Below are positions 37,188 to 47,137 of a stretch of DNA of 64,000 bases, piece after piece. The stretch spans positions 384,001 through 448,000 of the forward strand of contig OY762940.1 in assembly GCA_963667255.1 (NCBI GenBank), given 5' to 3'. The notes beneath the pieces were generated by a model, which searched no databases, was not told the DNA's origin, and saw only the letters and a program-made list of their open reading frames with translations. Position numbers and translations under genes: made by a program. Source of the DNA: Candidatus Cloacimonadota bacterium. GTDB taxonomy: Bacteria > Cloacimonadota > Cloacimonadia > G963667145. Each line of letters opens with the position of its first letter. Position 1 is the stretch's first letter.

Positions 37188-37951
37188 TTTTCAAAACCCC
37201 AATTACCCCAGATTTTCATTCCTTCGTCCGACAACATAAAAGCGTTGAACTTCTCTGCCAAATCTTTTGCCTTGCTCTCTACGGTAATTGAGGTTGGAAT
37301 AGTCATAATTATATTTTTCTTAGGGTCAATGCTGACACATTCAACCTTTCCCTTATCTTCCGCCCACTCGGTAATATCTAACCAAACTATTGCGGCATCT
37401 ACTTGCCCCAATGCAGGATATATCAAAAGTTGATTTACTGTAGGACCTTTCACCGTCACATTTTTGTTTACCGCATCCCACAATTTATTTTTTTCCAAAA
37501 GTTTCTTTGTCACTCTTCCGATTGCTGGACCTTTTGGGTCTCCGACAGCCACTTTTACATTAGGTTTAGCTAAATCTTCCAAGCATGTTATATTTGCCGG
37601 ATTGCCCTTAGGGACAATAATGGTAGGAATGTGCAAAACCAGCTTTTTGGTGCTGTTCTCGATTAACCAACCGTTTTTTAGAGCATCGTCCGTGTATTTT
37701 TCCGCTCCCGGTATCAAAATATCGCAATATTGACCTGCGGCGACCATTCCGAATATCTCTCCGGATGATCCGTAATGCATGTTTATTTTTACATTTTCCG
37801 CTTCTTCGAAAGATTTGACCAAATCGGTCATAGGTTTGATTAAGCCTGCTCCTGCAAAAATAACCAAATCGTACTCCGACTTCTTTCCACATCCGGTGAT
37901 TGATAGCAAGAAAAGACCAACTGATAAGATGACAAATAAGAATTTTTTCAT
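37175..37951 (-). CDS. modA: Molybdate ABC transporter substrate-binding lipoprotein
   Basis: Lipobox ITGC; FAGAGL, YGSSG, VPKGNPANI, GDPKGPAIG and VDAAIVW motifs. Confidence 0.88.
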   Translation of the reverse strand: MKKFLFVILSVGLFLLSITGCGKKSEYDLVIFAGAGLIKPMTDLVKSFEEAENVKINMHYGSSGEIFGMVAAGQYCDILIPGAEKYTDDALKNGWLIENSTKKLVLHIPTIIVPKGNPANITCLEDLAKPNVKVAVGDPKGPAIGRVTKKLLEKNKLWDAVNKNVTVKGPTVNQLLIYPALGQVDAAIVWLDITEWAEDKGKVECVSIDPKKNIIMTIPTSITVESKAKDLAEKFNAFMLSDEGMKIWGNWGFEKCEK

Positions 37952-38086
37952 CTTCGTTCCCCCTAATTATTAATTTCGCCCCACAATGTACTCATCGGGA
38001 GTTTTAAGTCAATCAGATTTTCAGAAGAAATTTTGAAATTGCCAAATTACTTTTGTAACCTAACTTTATCTCAACATTTTAGTTAC

Positions 38087-38119
38087 AAAAAAGGCACTTC
38101 CAACTATGAGAGTGCCTTC
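38087..38119 (-). terminator. Intrinsic terminator after metG
   Basis: Minus strand GAAGGCACTCTC-ATAGTTG-GAAGTGCCTTTTTT, just downstream of the metG stop. Confidence 0.75.
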
Positions 38120-38136
38120 CTATTTTCTTGTGTTAA

Positions 38137-40164
38137 TCAACTCACCGTGCTGCCTGCTTGTATCTCCTTGTCTGCAAAGAGCAGAGACAAGTTTCCATCC
38201 GCATCTTCCACAGCCAAAATCATTCCTTGAGATTCCATACCCATAATTTTTCTGGCTTCCAAATTCGCCAAAATAACCACTGATTTTCCCAAAAGTTGAC
38301 TGGGTGTATAATATTTAGAAATTCCCGAGAGGATTTGCCTTTTTTCAGCACCTAAATTGATTTGAAGTTTCAAGAGCTTCTTCGATTTCGGAACAACTTC
38401 ACATTCCAAAATTTTGCCCATACGCAAATCCATCTCTTGAAATTTATCGAACGGAATTGTTGTTTTCATCTCAGGGACATTCACAGCTTTTTTCGTCTCA
38501 GCCTTTTTCAATTTATCAACTTGAGCCTGAATTATGTCGTCCTCAATCTTCGGGAAAAGCGGTTCGACTCCGCTGAACACATAGGTTTCGCGGGAATTTC
38601 CGATATTCGCCCAAGCAATCTCGGTGTCTATTCCCAACATACCAAACAGCTTTTTGCACGCTCTCGGCAAAATCGGCGAATACACTATGCTAAAAATTCG
38701 CAAGAGTTCGCAACAAACATAAAGCGACTGTTCGGCTTGGGCTTTGTCCGTTTTCACAGATTTCCACGGAGCTGTCTCATCAAAATATTTATTGCCCAAT
38801 CTGGCGATGTTCATGCCCAACTCGGCGTTTCGCTTAACTTTGTAATTCCGATAATTCTCATCAATCTCATCGACCAAAGCATAAGCCTCTTGCAGAACAG
38901 AATTGGCTTTGTCGTCCAATTTGGACGGCTTGGAGATTTTCCCCTCAAAAAATTTATTGCCAAAAGTGAAAACCCGATTAGCAAGATTTCCCAAAATGTT
39001 GGCAAGCTCGCCGTTGACTTTTGCCTGAAAATCTTTCCACACAAAATCGGAATCTTTGGTCTCGGGAGCTATCCTCGCCACATAATATCGCAAAAGTTCG
39101 CCGTCAAATGATGCCAAAAAATCTTTAATCCAAATCGCCCAATTTTTGCTCGTGGAGAGCTTTTCACCTTCCAAATTGAGAAACTCGTTAGCCGGAATAT
39201 CGTGGGGGAGAACATAGCTGTCGTCCTGTCCCATCAGCACAGCAGGCCAAAAAATTGCGTGGAAAATATTGTTGTCCTTGCCGATAAAATGCACGAGTTT
39301 TGTCTGCGGATTGAGCCAATAATCTCGCCAGCCGTCAGGGTTGTCCGTCTTGGCAAAATACTCGATAGAGCTGGAAACATAGCCGATGGGAGCATCAAAC
39401 CAAACATAAAGAACTTTGCCTTCGGTATTCTCAAGAGGGACAGGAACTCCCCAGTCGATGTCGCGGGTTACTGCTCGCATTTTCAGACCTTCATCAACCA
39501 AGCCCATAATGAACTTCAAAATGTTCTCTTTCCAGTTCGACTTGGTGGACAGCCACTCTTTGAGCCTCGGGACAAAAGCGGGTAAATCCAACATCCAGTG
39601 CGTAGTGGAGCGAACCTCGGGAGTTGTGCCACAAATCTTGCACTCCGGCTCAACCAAACCTGTGGAATCCATCAGCTTGCCACAAGCGTCGCACTGGTCG
39701 CCTCTGGCTCCGGGCTTGCCACAGTAGGGACAAATCCCCTCCACATATCTATCTGCCAAAAATCGCTGGCACTTCGGACAATAGTATTGCTCGGAAATCT
39801 GTGTGGAAATGTAGCCTTTCTTCAGAAGATTCAAGAAAAATTCTTGAGACAACTTGTGATGCGGAGGACGAGCCGTGCCAGAGAAATTGTCGAACTCGAT
39901 GCCCAGACCGTCAAAATCTTCGACCATCCGCTGATGATAAAAATCAACTATCTGTTGTGGCGTCTTGCCTTCCGCTTCAGCCTTGATAGAAATGGGTGCC
40001 CCGTGTTCATCCGTTCCGCAAAAATACAAAACATCTTCACCTTTCAATCGCAAGTATTTAACAAAAATATCTCCGGGCAAATACGCACCAGCGATGTGTC
40101 CGACATGCAAATCTCCATTGGCATAAGGCAAAGCCGAGGTAACCAAAAATCTATCTTTTCCCAT
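38137..40164 (-). CDS. metG: Methionine--tRNA ligase with C-terminal tRNA-binding domain
   Basis: TSALPYANGDLHVGH (HIGH), GTDEHG, Zn knuckle CxxC motifs, YVWFDA, KLSTS and the C-terminal OB fold (SQGMILA). Confidence 0.97.
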   Translation of the reverse strand: MGKDRFLVTSALPYANGDLHVGHIAGAYLPGDIFVKYLRLKGEDVLYFCGTDEHGAPISIKAEAEGKTPQQIVDFYHQRMVEDFDGLGIEFDNFSGTARPPHHKLSQEFFLNLLKKGYISTQISEQYYCPKCQRFLADRYVEGICPYCGKPGARGDQCDACGKLMDSTGLVEPECKICGTTPEVRSTTHWMLDLPAFVPRLKEWLSTKSNWKENILKFIMGLVDEGLKMRAVTRDIDWGVPVPLENTEGKVLYVWFDAPIGYVSSSIEYFAKTDNPDGWRDYWLNPQTKLVHFIGKDNNIFHAIFWPAVLMGQDDSYVLPHDIPANEFLNLEGEKLSTSKNWAIWIKDFLASFDGELLRYYVARIAPETKDSDFVWKDFQAKVNGELANILGNLANRVFTFGNKFFEGKISKPSKLDDKANSVLQEAYALVDEIDENYRNYKVKRNAELGMNIARLGNKYFDETAPWKSVKTDKAQAEQSLYVCCELLRIFSIVYSPILPRACKKLFGMLGIDTEIAWANIGNSRETYVFSGVEPLFPKIEDDIIQAQVDKLKKAETKKAVNVPEMKTTIPFDKFQEMDLRMGKILECEVVPKSKKLLKLQINLGAEKRQILSGISKYYTPSQLLGKSVVILANLEARKIMGMESQGMILAVEDADGNLSLLFADKEIQAGSTVS

Positions 40165-40238
40165 TTAATTCTCCTTAACTCACAGGCTATACGCTTTCAA
40201 AATTATCCGAGACCTCACAAGTCAACAAAATTTCAAAA

Positions 40239-41606
40239 TTAATTGCTTTCTGCTCGTTTCAAAATCTTCGGGAATAAAAACACATAAAAAATTGATATCA
40301 CGATGAAGGAAGCTACCTCAGATAAAGGAATGGAATACCAAAGCCCCGCAAATCCATACCACTTACCAAAGAGCCACATAACTGGAAGCATCACCAAAAT
40401 CTGACGGATAATAGACTCGATAAAAGCAAGATAGCCTATGCCAAAACCTTGGAAAGAGACTCCGCCAACGATACATATTCCCACGAGTGGAAATCCCCAA
40501 GCGGTAATCTTCAGAGCTATTATTCCCAGCGAGAACAACTCGCCTTTCGCTCCGAAGAGCAAGAGTAACCACTCGGGAAACCAATAAAATAATGCGAAAC
40601 CTATCATACAAATCACAGTGCCGAGAGCCATTCCCGAAAAAATGGTTTTCTTCACCCGATGCACAGCTTTCAGACCGAAATTGTAACCAACTATCGGCAT
40701 TACACCCTGACCTATGCCGAAAATCGGCAAGATGATGAATAGATGCAAGCGGAAGTAGATTCCCAAGACTGCCAAAGCGTTTATCCCGTAAGCACCGACA
40801 ATCCTGCTGGCTCCTGCCATCATCACACTGCCGAGCATCTCCACCGTGGAGACGGGAACCCCGACTTTGAAAATTTCCGCAATTAAATGGTAATCGAAAG
40901 CGAAGTGAAATCTTTTCACGGAAATCTGATTGTCGCCTTTCAAGAGAGCAAGCAAAACAAATACTGAGGAGAAAACTCTCGCCAAGACTGTCGCCCAAGC
41001 AGCACCTTCTACGCCCATAGGATTTAGTCCCCAACCGCCGAAGATGAACCAAGGGTCGAGAATTATGTTGAGGATTCCGCCCAAAGACATGGTAATCATC
41101 GGAATCAAAGCGTTGCCCTCAGCTCGCAAAACCCCGCACAGCACCATGGGAGCGTAAACGAAGACGGAATTTATCAAGATTATCCTGATGTAAGACTCCC
41201 CGACAGCCAAGAGTTGCGGGTCGTCCGTGAAGATAGCTACCAGACTTTCGCTAAAGAAAAAGCCTACCAGAGAAGTGAGCAAACCGAAAATAACTATCAA
41301 TCCCAAGAGATGTTCGGCAGCTTCGTTGGCTCTAACGAGTTCGTTCCTGCCCAGTAGTCGCGAGATGAGGGAGTTGCCTCCTACTTCCAAACCAACAGCT
41401 ATGGAGATAATTACCATCTGCACCGGAAAACAAATCGTCAAGGCGGAAAGCCCTATCGTGGAATAGTGAGCAACAAAAATGCTGTCCACGACATTGTATA
41501 ACGCCTGAACGAATAACCCAATCACAGCGGGAATGGAAAGTTTGACCAACAAGCCAAACTCCTTGTCAGTCCCCAATCTTCTTGTTCTTTCTTTTTGCTC
41601 TAACAT
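40239..41606 (-). CDS. MATE family efflux transporter (MepA-like)
   Basis: LSIPAVIG, YNVVDSIFV, NIILDPWFI, GVEGAAWATV and QGVMPIVGYNFG. Start at ATG 41606 behind an AGGAG that overlaps the upstream stop. Confidence 0.92.
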   Translation of the reverse strand: MLEQKERTRRLGTDKEFGLLVKLSIPAVIGLFVQALYNVVDSIFVAHYSTIGLSALTICFPVQMVIISIAVGLEVGGNSLISRLLGRNELVRANEAAEHLLGLIVIFGLLTSLVGFFFSESLVAIFTDDPQLLAVGESYIRIILINSVFVYAPMVLCGVLRAEGNALIPMITMSLGGILNIILDPWFIFGGWGLNPMGVEGAAWATVLARVFSSVFVLLALLKGDNQISVKRFHFAFDYHLIAEIFKVGVPVSTVEMLGSVMMAGASRIVGAYGINALAVLGIYFRLHLFIILPIFGIGQGVMPIVGYNFGLKAVHRVKKTIFSGMALGTVICMIGFALFYWFPEWLLLLFGAKGELFSLGIIALKITAWGFPLVGICIVGGVSFQGFGIGYLAFIESIIRQILVMLPVMWLFGKWYGFAGLWYSIPLSEVASFIVISIFYVFLFPKILKRAESN

Positions 41607-41614
41607 CTCTACTC

Positions 41615-42973
41615 CTAAGCAATCGCTTTCAATTTTTTCGGAAAAACTGTCCACAACAAAAACAACATTAAACAGAAGGAAACGATAGCACCGAGAGGCA
41701 TAGCATACCACAACGCTTCCAAACCGAATTTATTACTGAGAAACCACATAGCCGGCAAAAGCACAAGCACTTGTCTGATGAGCGAAGAAAACATAGACGG
41801 AAATCCATTGCCCAAAGCCTGAAACGCCATACCACCCAGCATCACCACAGCCGTAAAAGGCATACCGTAACTACAAGCAATCAAAGCAGTTTCCCCAATA
41901 TTTAGAACTTCTCCCTCAAGTCCAAACAGCCTCAAAATAGGCACGGAAAAAAATCTCATCACTATAAATCCTAAAACACAAATAGCCGTTCCCAAAATGA
42001 AAGAAGATTTCATCGCCTGCACAATTCTCTCAGGTTTTTTGTGCCCGAAATTGTAACCAACAATTGGCATCAACCCTCGTCCCAAGCCATGCAAAGGCAT
42101 CATAATCAGCGAGTGCAACTTGAAATAAAGATTCATCACTGCCAAGGCTCCGGCTCCGTAACCTCCCAAAATCCTGTTCGCTCCGGCAAAAGTAACCCCC
42201 GCAAAAAGCTGAATGAGAGCGATAGGAATACCAACTTTGAAAATATCAAGGTAAATTTTCCAGTTGAACGAGAAATACCTCAGATTGAGCTTTATCTGAT
42301 TTTTCCCAAAAAACAAAATGAAAAAAGCAAAAGAAGAATTTACTATCCGTGAAAAAACAGTCGCCAAAGCAGCCCCTTTCACGCCCATAGCGGGGAAAAT
42401 CCACCAACCAAAAATCAAAAACGGGTCTAAAGCGATATTGATGAAAGCACCTATAAACATCGCCAACATCGGGATAAAGGTGTTTCCCTCAGCACGCAAA
42501 ATATCGCTGAGAACCATCGGAAACTGAAGAAAAATAGAACCCATGAGAATAATCCTCAAATAGTCGACTGCCATCGCCAAAAGTTGCTCATCTTTCACAA
42601 AGAAAGACAACAAAAAATGACTTCCGTAACAACCCACAAAGAAGGTCGCCACACTAAAAAATATGAAGAAGATAAAAGAGTGCAAAGCTATATTGTTCGC
42701 CAAATCGTTCTTCTGAGCTCCGAGAGTTCTGGAGAGAAGCGAAGATGTGCCGACACCGACTCCCGCGGTGATAACCATCATCAAAATCTGGATAGGAAAG
42801 CACAAGCCGACAGCAGCAAGTCCGAGATGAGAATAATGCCCCACAAAGATGCTGTCCACGATGTTGTAAGTGGACTGGATTAGCATTCCGCCCATCGCAG
42901 GAACTGACAGTTTGAAAAGCAAGCGAGAAACCGAAGCTGTTCCCAACCGTGCTGTTCTTTCTGTTTGTCCCAT
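41615..42973 (-). CDS. MATE family efflux transporter (MepA-like)
   Basis: YNIVDSIFVG, RAEGNT, NIALDPFLI, GVKGAALATV and PIVGYNFG motifs. Confidence 0.92.
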   Translation of the reverse strand: MGQTERTARLGTASVSRLLFKLSVPAMGGMLIQSTYNIVDSIFVGHYSHLGLAAVGLCFPIQILMMVITAGVGVGTSSLLSRTLGAQKNDLANNIALHSFIFFIFFSVATFFVGCYGSHFLLSFFVKDEQLLAMAVDYLRIILMGSIFLQFPMVLSDILRAEGNTFIPMLAMFIGAFINIALDPFLIFGWWIFPAMGVKGAALATVFSRIVNSSFAFFILFFGKNQIKLNLRYFSFNWKIYLDIFKVGIPIALIQLFAGVTFAGANRILGGYGAGALAVMNLYFKLHSLIMMPLHGLGRGLMPIVGYNFGHKKPERIVQAMKSSFILGTAICVLGFIVMRFFSVPILRLFGLEGEVLNIGETALIACSYGMPFTAVVMLGGMAFQALGNGFPSMFSSLIRQVLVLLPAMWFLSNKFGLEALWYAMPLGAIVSFCLMLFLLWTVFPKKLKAIA

Positions 42974-42986
42974 ATTAAACTCGCTC

Positions 42987-44342
42987 CTAAGCTATGAGCC
43001 TTAGTTTTCGCGGGAAAAGGGTAATCAACAACGAAACCATAAAACAAAAAGAGATAAAAGAAGCAAGAGGAACAGCATACCACAACACACTCAAGCCGAA
43101 CTTATAGTTAAGAAACCACATCATGGGCAAAAGGACAATAACTTGTCTGATAAGCGAAGAAAGCATAGAGGGGATGCCAACTCCGAGAGCCTGAAAAACC
43201 ATACCGCTCAACATCTCCACAGCCACAAACGGAGTGCCGTAACTACAAGCAATCAAGGCAATTACCCCAAGATTTAGGACATCTCCCTCAAGTCCGAAAA
43301 TCTTCAAAATGGGAACTGGGAAAAACCTCATCACCAAAAATCCCGTAATACAAATCAAAGTTCCCGTAACAATGGCAATCTTCACAGTTTGCACGATTCT
43401 ATCGGGTTTTCTGTGTCCGAAATTATAACCAACCATCGGCATCAGACCTTGTCCCAAACCGAACAAAGGCATCATCACGAGAGACTGCAATCTAAAATAA
43501 AGCCCCATCACAGCCAACGCTCCAGCTCCATAGCTTCCCAAAATTTTGTTCGCTCCGGCGATGGTTATTCCTCCGAAAAACTGAATGAGAGCAACGGGAA
43601 CGCCGATTTTGAAAATCTCAAAATAAATCTTCCAATCAAACGAGAAATACCTCAACTTGAGTTTAATTTGGTTCTTGCCAAAAAGCAAAACGCATAGAAC
43701 AAAACAGGAGTTCACAATACGAGAAAACACTGTGGCTACAGCAGCTCCTTCCACACCCATAGAGGGAAAAATCCACCACCCAAAAATCAATATCGGGTCT
43801 AAAACGATATTGAGAAAAGCCCCTATCAGCATCGTAAGCATCGGGATAAAAGTGTTGCCCTCCGACCGCAAAATATCGTTGAGTATCATCGGGAAATAAA
43901 GGAAAATAGAACCGGTGAGAATTATCCGCAAATACCCCTCAGCCATCGTCAAGAGCTGCTCATCTTTCACAAAAAGCGACAACAAAAAATGACTTCCGTA
44001 TTGTCCCACGAAAAAGGTCAAAACTCCGAAAAATAAGATGAGGGAAAAGGAGTGCAAAGCTATATTGTTCGCCAAATCGTTCTTCTGAGCTCCGAGAGTC
44101 CTAGACAATAGGGAAGAAGAGCCAACGCCAATACCGGCGGCTATCACCATCATTAAAATCTGAATAGGAAAACACAATCCAAGAGCCGCAAGTCCGAGAT
44201 GAGAATAATGCCCCACGAAAATGCTGTCCACAATATTGTAAGCCGCTTGGATTAACATTCCAGCAACAGCAGGAACAGACAACTTAAAAAGCAACCGAGA
44301 GACAGGAGCAGTCCCCAAGCGAGCTGTTCTTTCATTTTGCAT
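42987..44342 (-). CDS. MATE family efflux transporter (MepA-like)
   Basis: Same MATE motifs; close paralogue of the adjacent gene. Confidence 0.92.
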   Translation of the reverse strand: MQNERTARLGTAPVSRLLFKLSVPAVAGMLIQAAYNIVDSIFVGHYSHLGLAALGLCFPIQILMMVIAAGIGVGSSSLLSRTLGAQKNDLANNIALHSFSLILFFGVLTFFVGQYGSHFLLSLFVKDEQLLTMAEGYLRIILTGSIFLYFPMILNDILRSEGNTFIPMLTMLIGAFLNIVLDPILIFGWWIFPSMGVEGAAVATVFSRIVNSCFVLCVLLFGKNQIKLKLRYFSFDWKIYFEIFKIGVPVALIQFFGGITIAGANKILGSYGAGALAVMGLYFRLQSLVMMPLFGLGQGLMPMVGYNFGHRKPDRIVQTVKIAIVTGTLICITGFLVMRFFPVPILKIFGLEGDVLNLGVIALIACSYGTPFVAVEMLSGMVFQALGVGIPSMLSSLIRQVIVLLPMMWFLNYKFGLSVLWYAVPLASFISFCFMVSLLITLFPRKLRLIA

Positions 44343-44772
44343 CGATATTCCCTTGTTGCAAATTCCTCACAATTCTCTCCAAAAAATCCAAAAGTTGTCC
44401 CTTTTCTTCCGCACTAAACCCCGCAAAAGCCAGCTTTTCCATCAAATCCAAATACTCCTTAAACTTCGGAGCGAGATTTTTCGCCTTTTCCGTAGGCACA
44501 AGGGAGTGCTTTCTCTTATCCAGCGAATCGACATTTTTCTCCAGATAGCCATTCTGCACCAACTTGTTCACAGCCCTGCTAATGGCGGCTTTATCCGTAT
44601 GCCGATTGTGACAAATATCTTTGCTACACACTGTGCCTTTGAACAAAATATGTTTCAAAATAAATACTTGCCCATGCCACAAATCGTAAGGCTTCAGCAG
44701 TTCATCCAAAATCTTCGACTGAAATCTGTGTGCTACGCCTATGTATCCGAGTAAATGTTCTTTCTTTTTCAT
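44332..44772 (-). CDS. MarR-family transcriptional regulator
   Basis: DKAAISRAVNKLVQNGYL...DSLDKR winged helix; overlaps the first MATE gene. ATG at 44772 (ORF track starts at TTG 44784). Confidence 0.9.
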   Translation of the reverse strand: MKKKEHLLGYIGVAHRFQSKILDELLKPYDLWHGQVFILKHILFKGTVCSKDICHNRHTDKAAISRAVNKLVQNGYLEKNVDSLDKRKHSLVPTEKAKNLAPKFKEYLDLMEKLAFAGFSAEEKGQLLDFLERIVRNLQQGNIDAK

Positions 44773-44792
44773 AATGGAAGTCAAAGAGAAAT

Positions 44793-44816
44793 ATTTGTTT
44801 GACCTGTCAACTAAAT
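44793..44816. promoter_or_regulatory. Putative MarR operator overlapping the -35 box
   Basis: ATTTGTTTGAC-CT-GTCAACTAAAT imperfect palindrome containing minus-strand TTGACA, about 20-45 bp upstream of the marR ATG. Confidence 0.6.
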
Positions 44817-44854
44817 AAAAATAGTATCTTCTTTTAGGGGAAATTCGTTAGAAA

Positions 44855-45568
44855 TTAGTCTCGCTTATCTTTGATGTAAAGCCCTTTGTTTTCAACCTTA
44901 TTGAAAAGAAACAAATCCGAAATTCTCACCAAATCACTGAGCTTTTTGTAGCCGTAATTTATGGGAGAGAACGACGAATTGTTGGAAATATATTGCCCCA
45001 CAGTCGCCAAATTTGCCCAACCTTCCTCATCACTTATCTGCTCCACAGCAGTCCTGAGCAAGTTAACCAATTTGGTATCAGCTCTGAGCTGCTCCTTTTT
45101 ATAAGCCTTTGCCACACCGTCTTTTTGCTTGCTCTCTTCCAGATTTTCCGTATAGATAAACAGCGAGCAGGCGTTGACGAAAGGCTCAGGTGTTTTCTCC
45201 TCGCCAAAGCCGTAAACAGTGCAACCGTTGGAGAGAAGTCGCATCACGAGTGGCGTAAAGTCACTATCGCTGGTCATTAGGGCAAATCCATCAACATCTT
45301 TTGAATACAGAATATCCATCGCATCAATTATCATCGCCGCATCCGTGGCGTTCTTGCCCTTGGTGTAGTCAAACTGTTGCACAGGCATTATCGCCTGCAG
45401 ATGCAACTGCTCCTCCCAACTCTTCAATCTCGACGATTTCCAATTGCCATAAGCCCTGCGAATATTCGTAACGCCATACTTGGCAAGCTCGTTCAAAACT
45501 CCGTCAATCGACTTCGCACTGGCGTTATCACAGTCAATCAACAAAGCTATACTTTTTTTATTTTCCAA
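44855..45568 (-). CDS. NYN (LabA/DUF88, PIN-like) domain protein with C-terminal OST-HTH/LOTUS domain
   Basis: IALLIDCDN, RRAYGNW, GKNATD..MIIDAMD, TSDSDFTPL and VYGFG motifs; C-terminal GWANLATVG...NYGYKKLSDL. Confidence 0.9.
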   Translation of the reverse strand: MENKKSIALLIDCDNASAKSIDGVLNELAKYGVTNIRRAYGNWKSSRLKSWEEQLHLQAIMPVQQFDYTKGKNATDAAMIIDAMDILYSKDVDGFALMTSDSDFTPLVMRLLSNGCTVYGFGEEKTPEPFVNACSLFIYTENLEESKQKDGVAKAYKKEQLRADTKLVNLLRTAVEQISDEEGWANLATVGQYISNNSSFSPINYGYKKLSDLVRISDLFLFNKVENKGLYIKDKRD

Positions 45569-45594
45569 TTTTCTTCCTTTTTTTTAAATCCAAA

Positions 45595-46554
45595 TTAATT
45601 CAACAAATTTACCGGTTTTCCATCAATAAATCCAACCACTGTCTCCGTGATGATTCTCGGCAAATTAACCATACTGGCTTCCGTAGTCAGCGACCCGCTA
45701 TGCCAACTGAAAACCACATTTTTATATTTCAAGAGCGGATGACTCTTGGGTAAAGGCTCTATCACATCAAGACCTACACCCGCTATTTCTCGGGCTTCCA
45801 GAGCCATTACCAAGTCAGACAAGCAGACAATTCCCGCCCTCCCTGTATTGATAAGATAAGCTGTTTTCTTCATCAACTTCATCTTCTCCAGCCCAATCAT
45901 CCCTCTCGTTTCATCGTTCAGCGGAATATTAACCGTAACAAAATCGCTCTCTCGGAGCAACGACTGCATATCCACAAAATCCGCCAAATCGGATTTCATG
46001 GGATTTCTATTGCAAACTAACACCTTCATTCCCAAAGCGTTAGCCTTTTTTGCCAAAGACTGCCCGATGTTCCCAAAACCGATACTCCCCAAAGTTTTGC
46101 CCTCAACCTCCATCCCAAAATACGGCAACATCTCCACATCGAACGGATAACAATCGGGAATTTGCGGTTCCGCTCTGAAACTCTCGTCAAGCAAAAAGAG
46201 CTTGCGAGCCAAAGCAAAAATCAACACAAGGTTCAACTCTGCCACGGAGTTTGTGCAGAAATTCGGCGTATTGCCAACCTTCACTCCGTGCCGTGTCGCC
46301 GCCTGCAAATCGACTTTGTCATAACCCGTGGAACTAATAACCACCAACTCCAAATGTGAACAAGCCGAAAAAAACTCCTCATCGAGAGACAGAACGAAGC
46401 TATCAACAACCGCAATCTGTGCATCTTCCAGTCGCTCCCGTGCCAACTCCAAAGTAGCGGTGTCTTTATAAACGGCAACTTCAGCCACTTCCCGCAAATT
46501 CGCAAGATGGCTTTCGCTCATAAAAACTTCGTTCAGAACAACAACTTTTTTCAT
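45595..46554 (-). CDS. D-isomer-specific 2-hydroxyacid dehydrogenase
   Basis: STGYDKVD, SVAE, GFGNIG Rossmann motif, PLNDETRG, INTGRAG, GLDV and WHSG. Confidence 0.9.
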   Translation of the reverse strand: MKKVVVLNEVFMSESHLANLREVAEVAVYKDTATLELARERLEDAQIAVVDSFVLSLDEEFFSACSHLELVVISSTGYDKVDLQAATRHGVKVGNTPNFCTNSVAELNLVLIFALARKLFLLDESFRAEPQIPDCYPFDVEMLPYFGMEVEGKTLGSIGFGNIGQSLAKKANALGMKVLVCNRNPMKSDLADFVDMQSLLRESDFVTVNIPLNDETRGMIGLEKMKLMKKTAYLINTGRAGIVCLSDLVMALEAREIAGVGLDVIEPLPKSHPLLKYKNVVFSWHSGSLTTEASMVNLPRIITETVVGFIDGKPVNLLN

Positions 46555-46555
46555 T

Positions 46556-47137
46556 CTATTTCAACGCGTTACGCACAGGTTCAAAGCTCTTGCGATGAAT
46601 TTCACACGCTCCGTATTTTCCCAAAGCCTCTATATGCTCTTTCGTAGGATAACCCTTGTGTTTAGCGAAATTGTATTGTGGGTATTTGCCAGACAATCTG
46701 ACCATTATGCGGTCTCGGGTAACCTTCGCCAAAATAGATGCAGCGGAGATACAATCGTGGTAAGCGTCGCCACCAACCACCGCTTTGGCAATATCCCGCA
46801 AATCATAAGGGACTTGATTGCCGTCTATCAGCACAAACTCTGGCTTCGGGTTTAACTCCTTGACAGCCTTGCTCATCCCAAACAAAGTCGCCTGCAAAAT
46901 GTTCATCTCGTCTATCTGCTTGGGGTCAACCTCCACTATCGAGTAGCCCAAGGCTCGCTCCACTATCAACTCGAACAACTCCTCCCGTTTTTTTTCGGAG
47001 AGTTTTTTGGAATCGTCCAACCCCTCTATGTGATTAGCTTTGTCCAATATCACGGCTGCTACAACCACAGGCCCCGCCAAAGGTCCTCGACCCGCTTCGT
47101 CCACACCTGCCGTCAAAAAATTTCTAAAACAATTCAT
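46556..47137 (-). CDS. rnhB: Ribonuclease HII
   Basis: GVDEAGRGPLAGPV, DSKKLS, LIDGN, AASILAKVTRD, HKGYPT and HRKSF motifs. Confidence 0.97.
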   Translation of the reverse strand: MNCFRNFLTAGVDEAGRGPLAGPVVVAAVILDKANHIEGLDDSKKLSEKKREELFELIVERALGYSIVEVDPKQIDEMNILQATLFGMSKAVKELNPKPEFVLIDGNQVPYDLRDIAKAVVGGDAYHDCISAASILAKVTRDRIMVRLSGKYPQYNFAKHKGYPTKEHIEALGKYGACEIHRKSFEPVRNALK

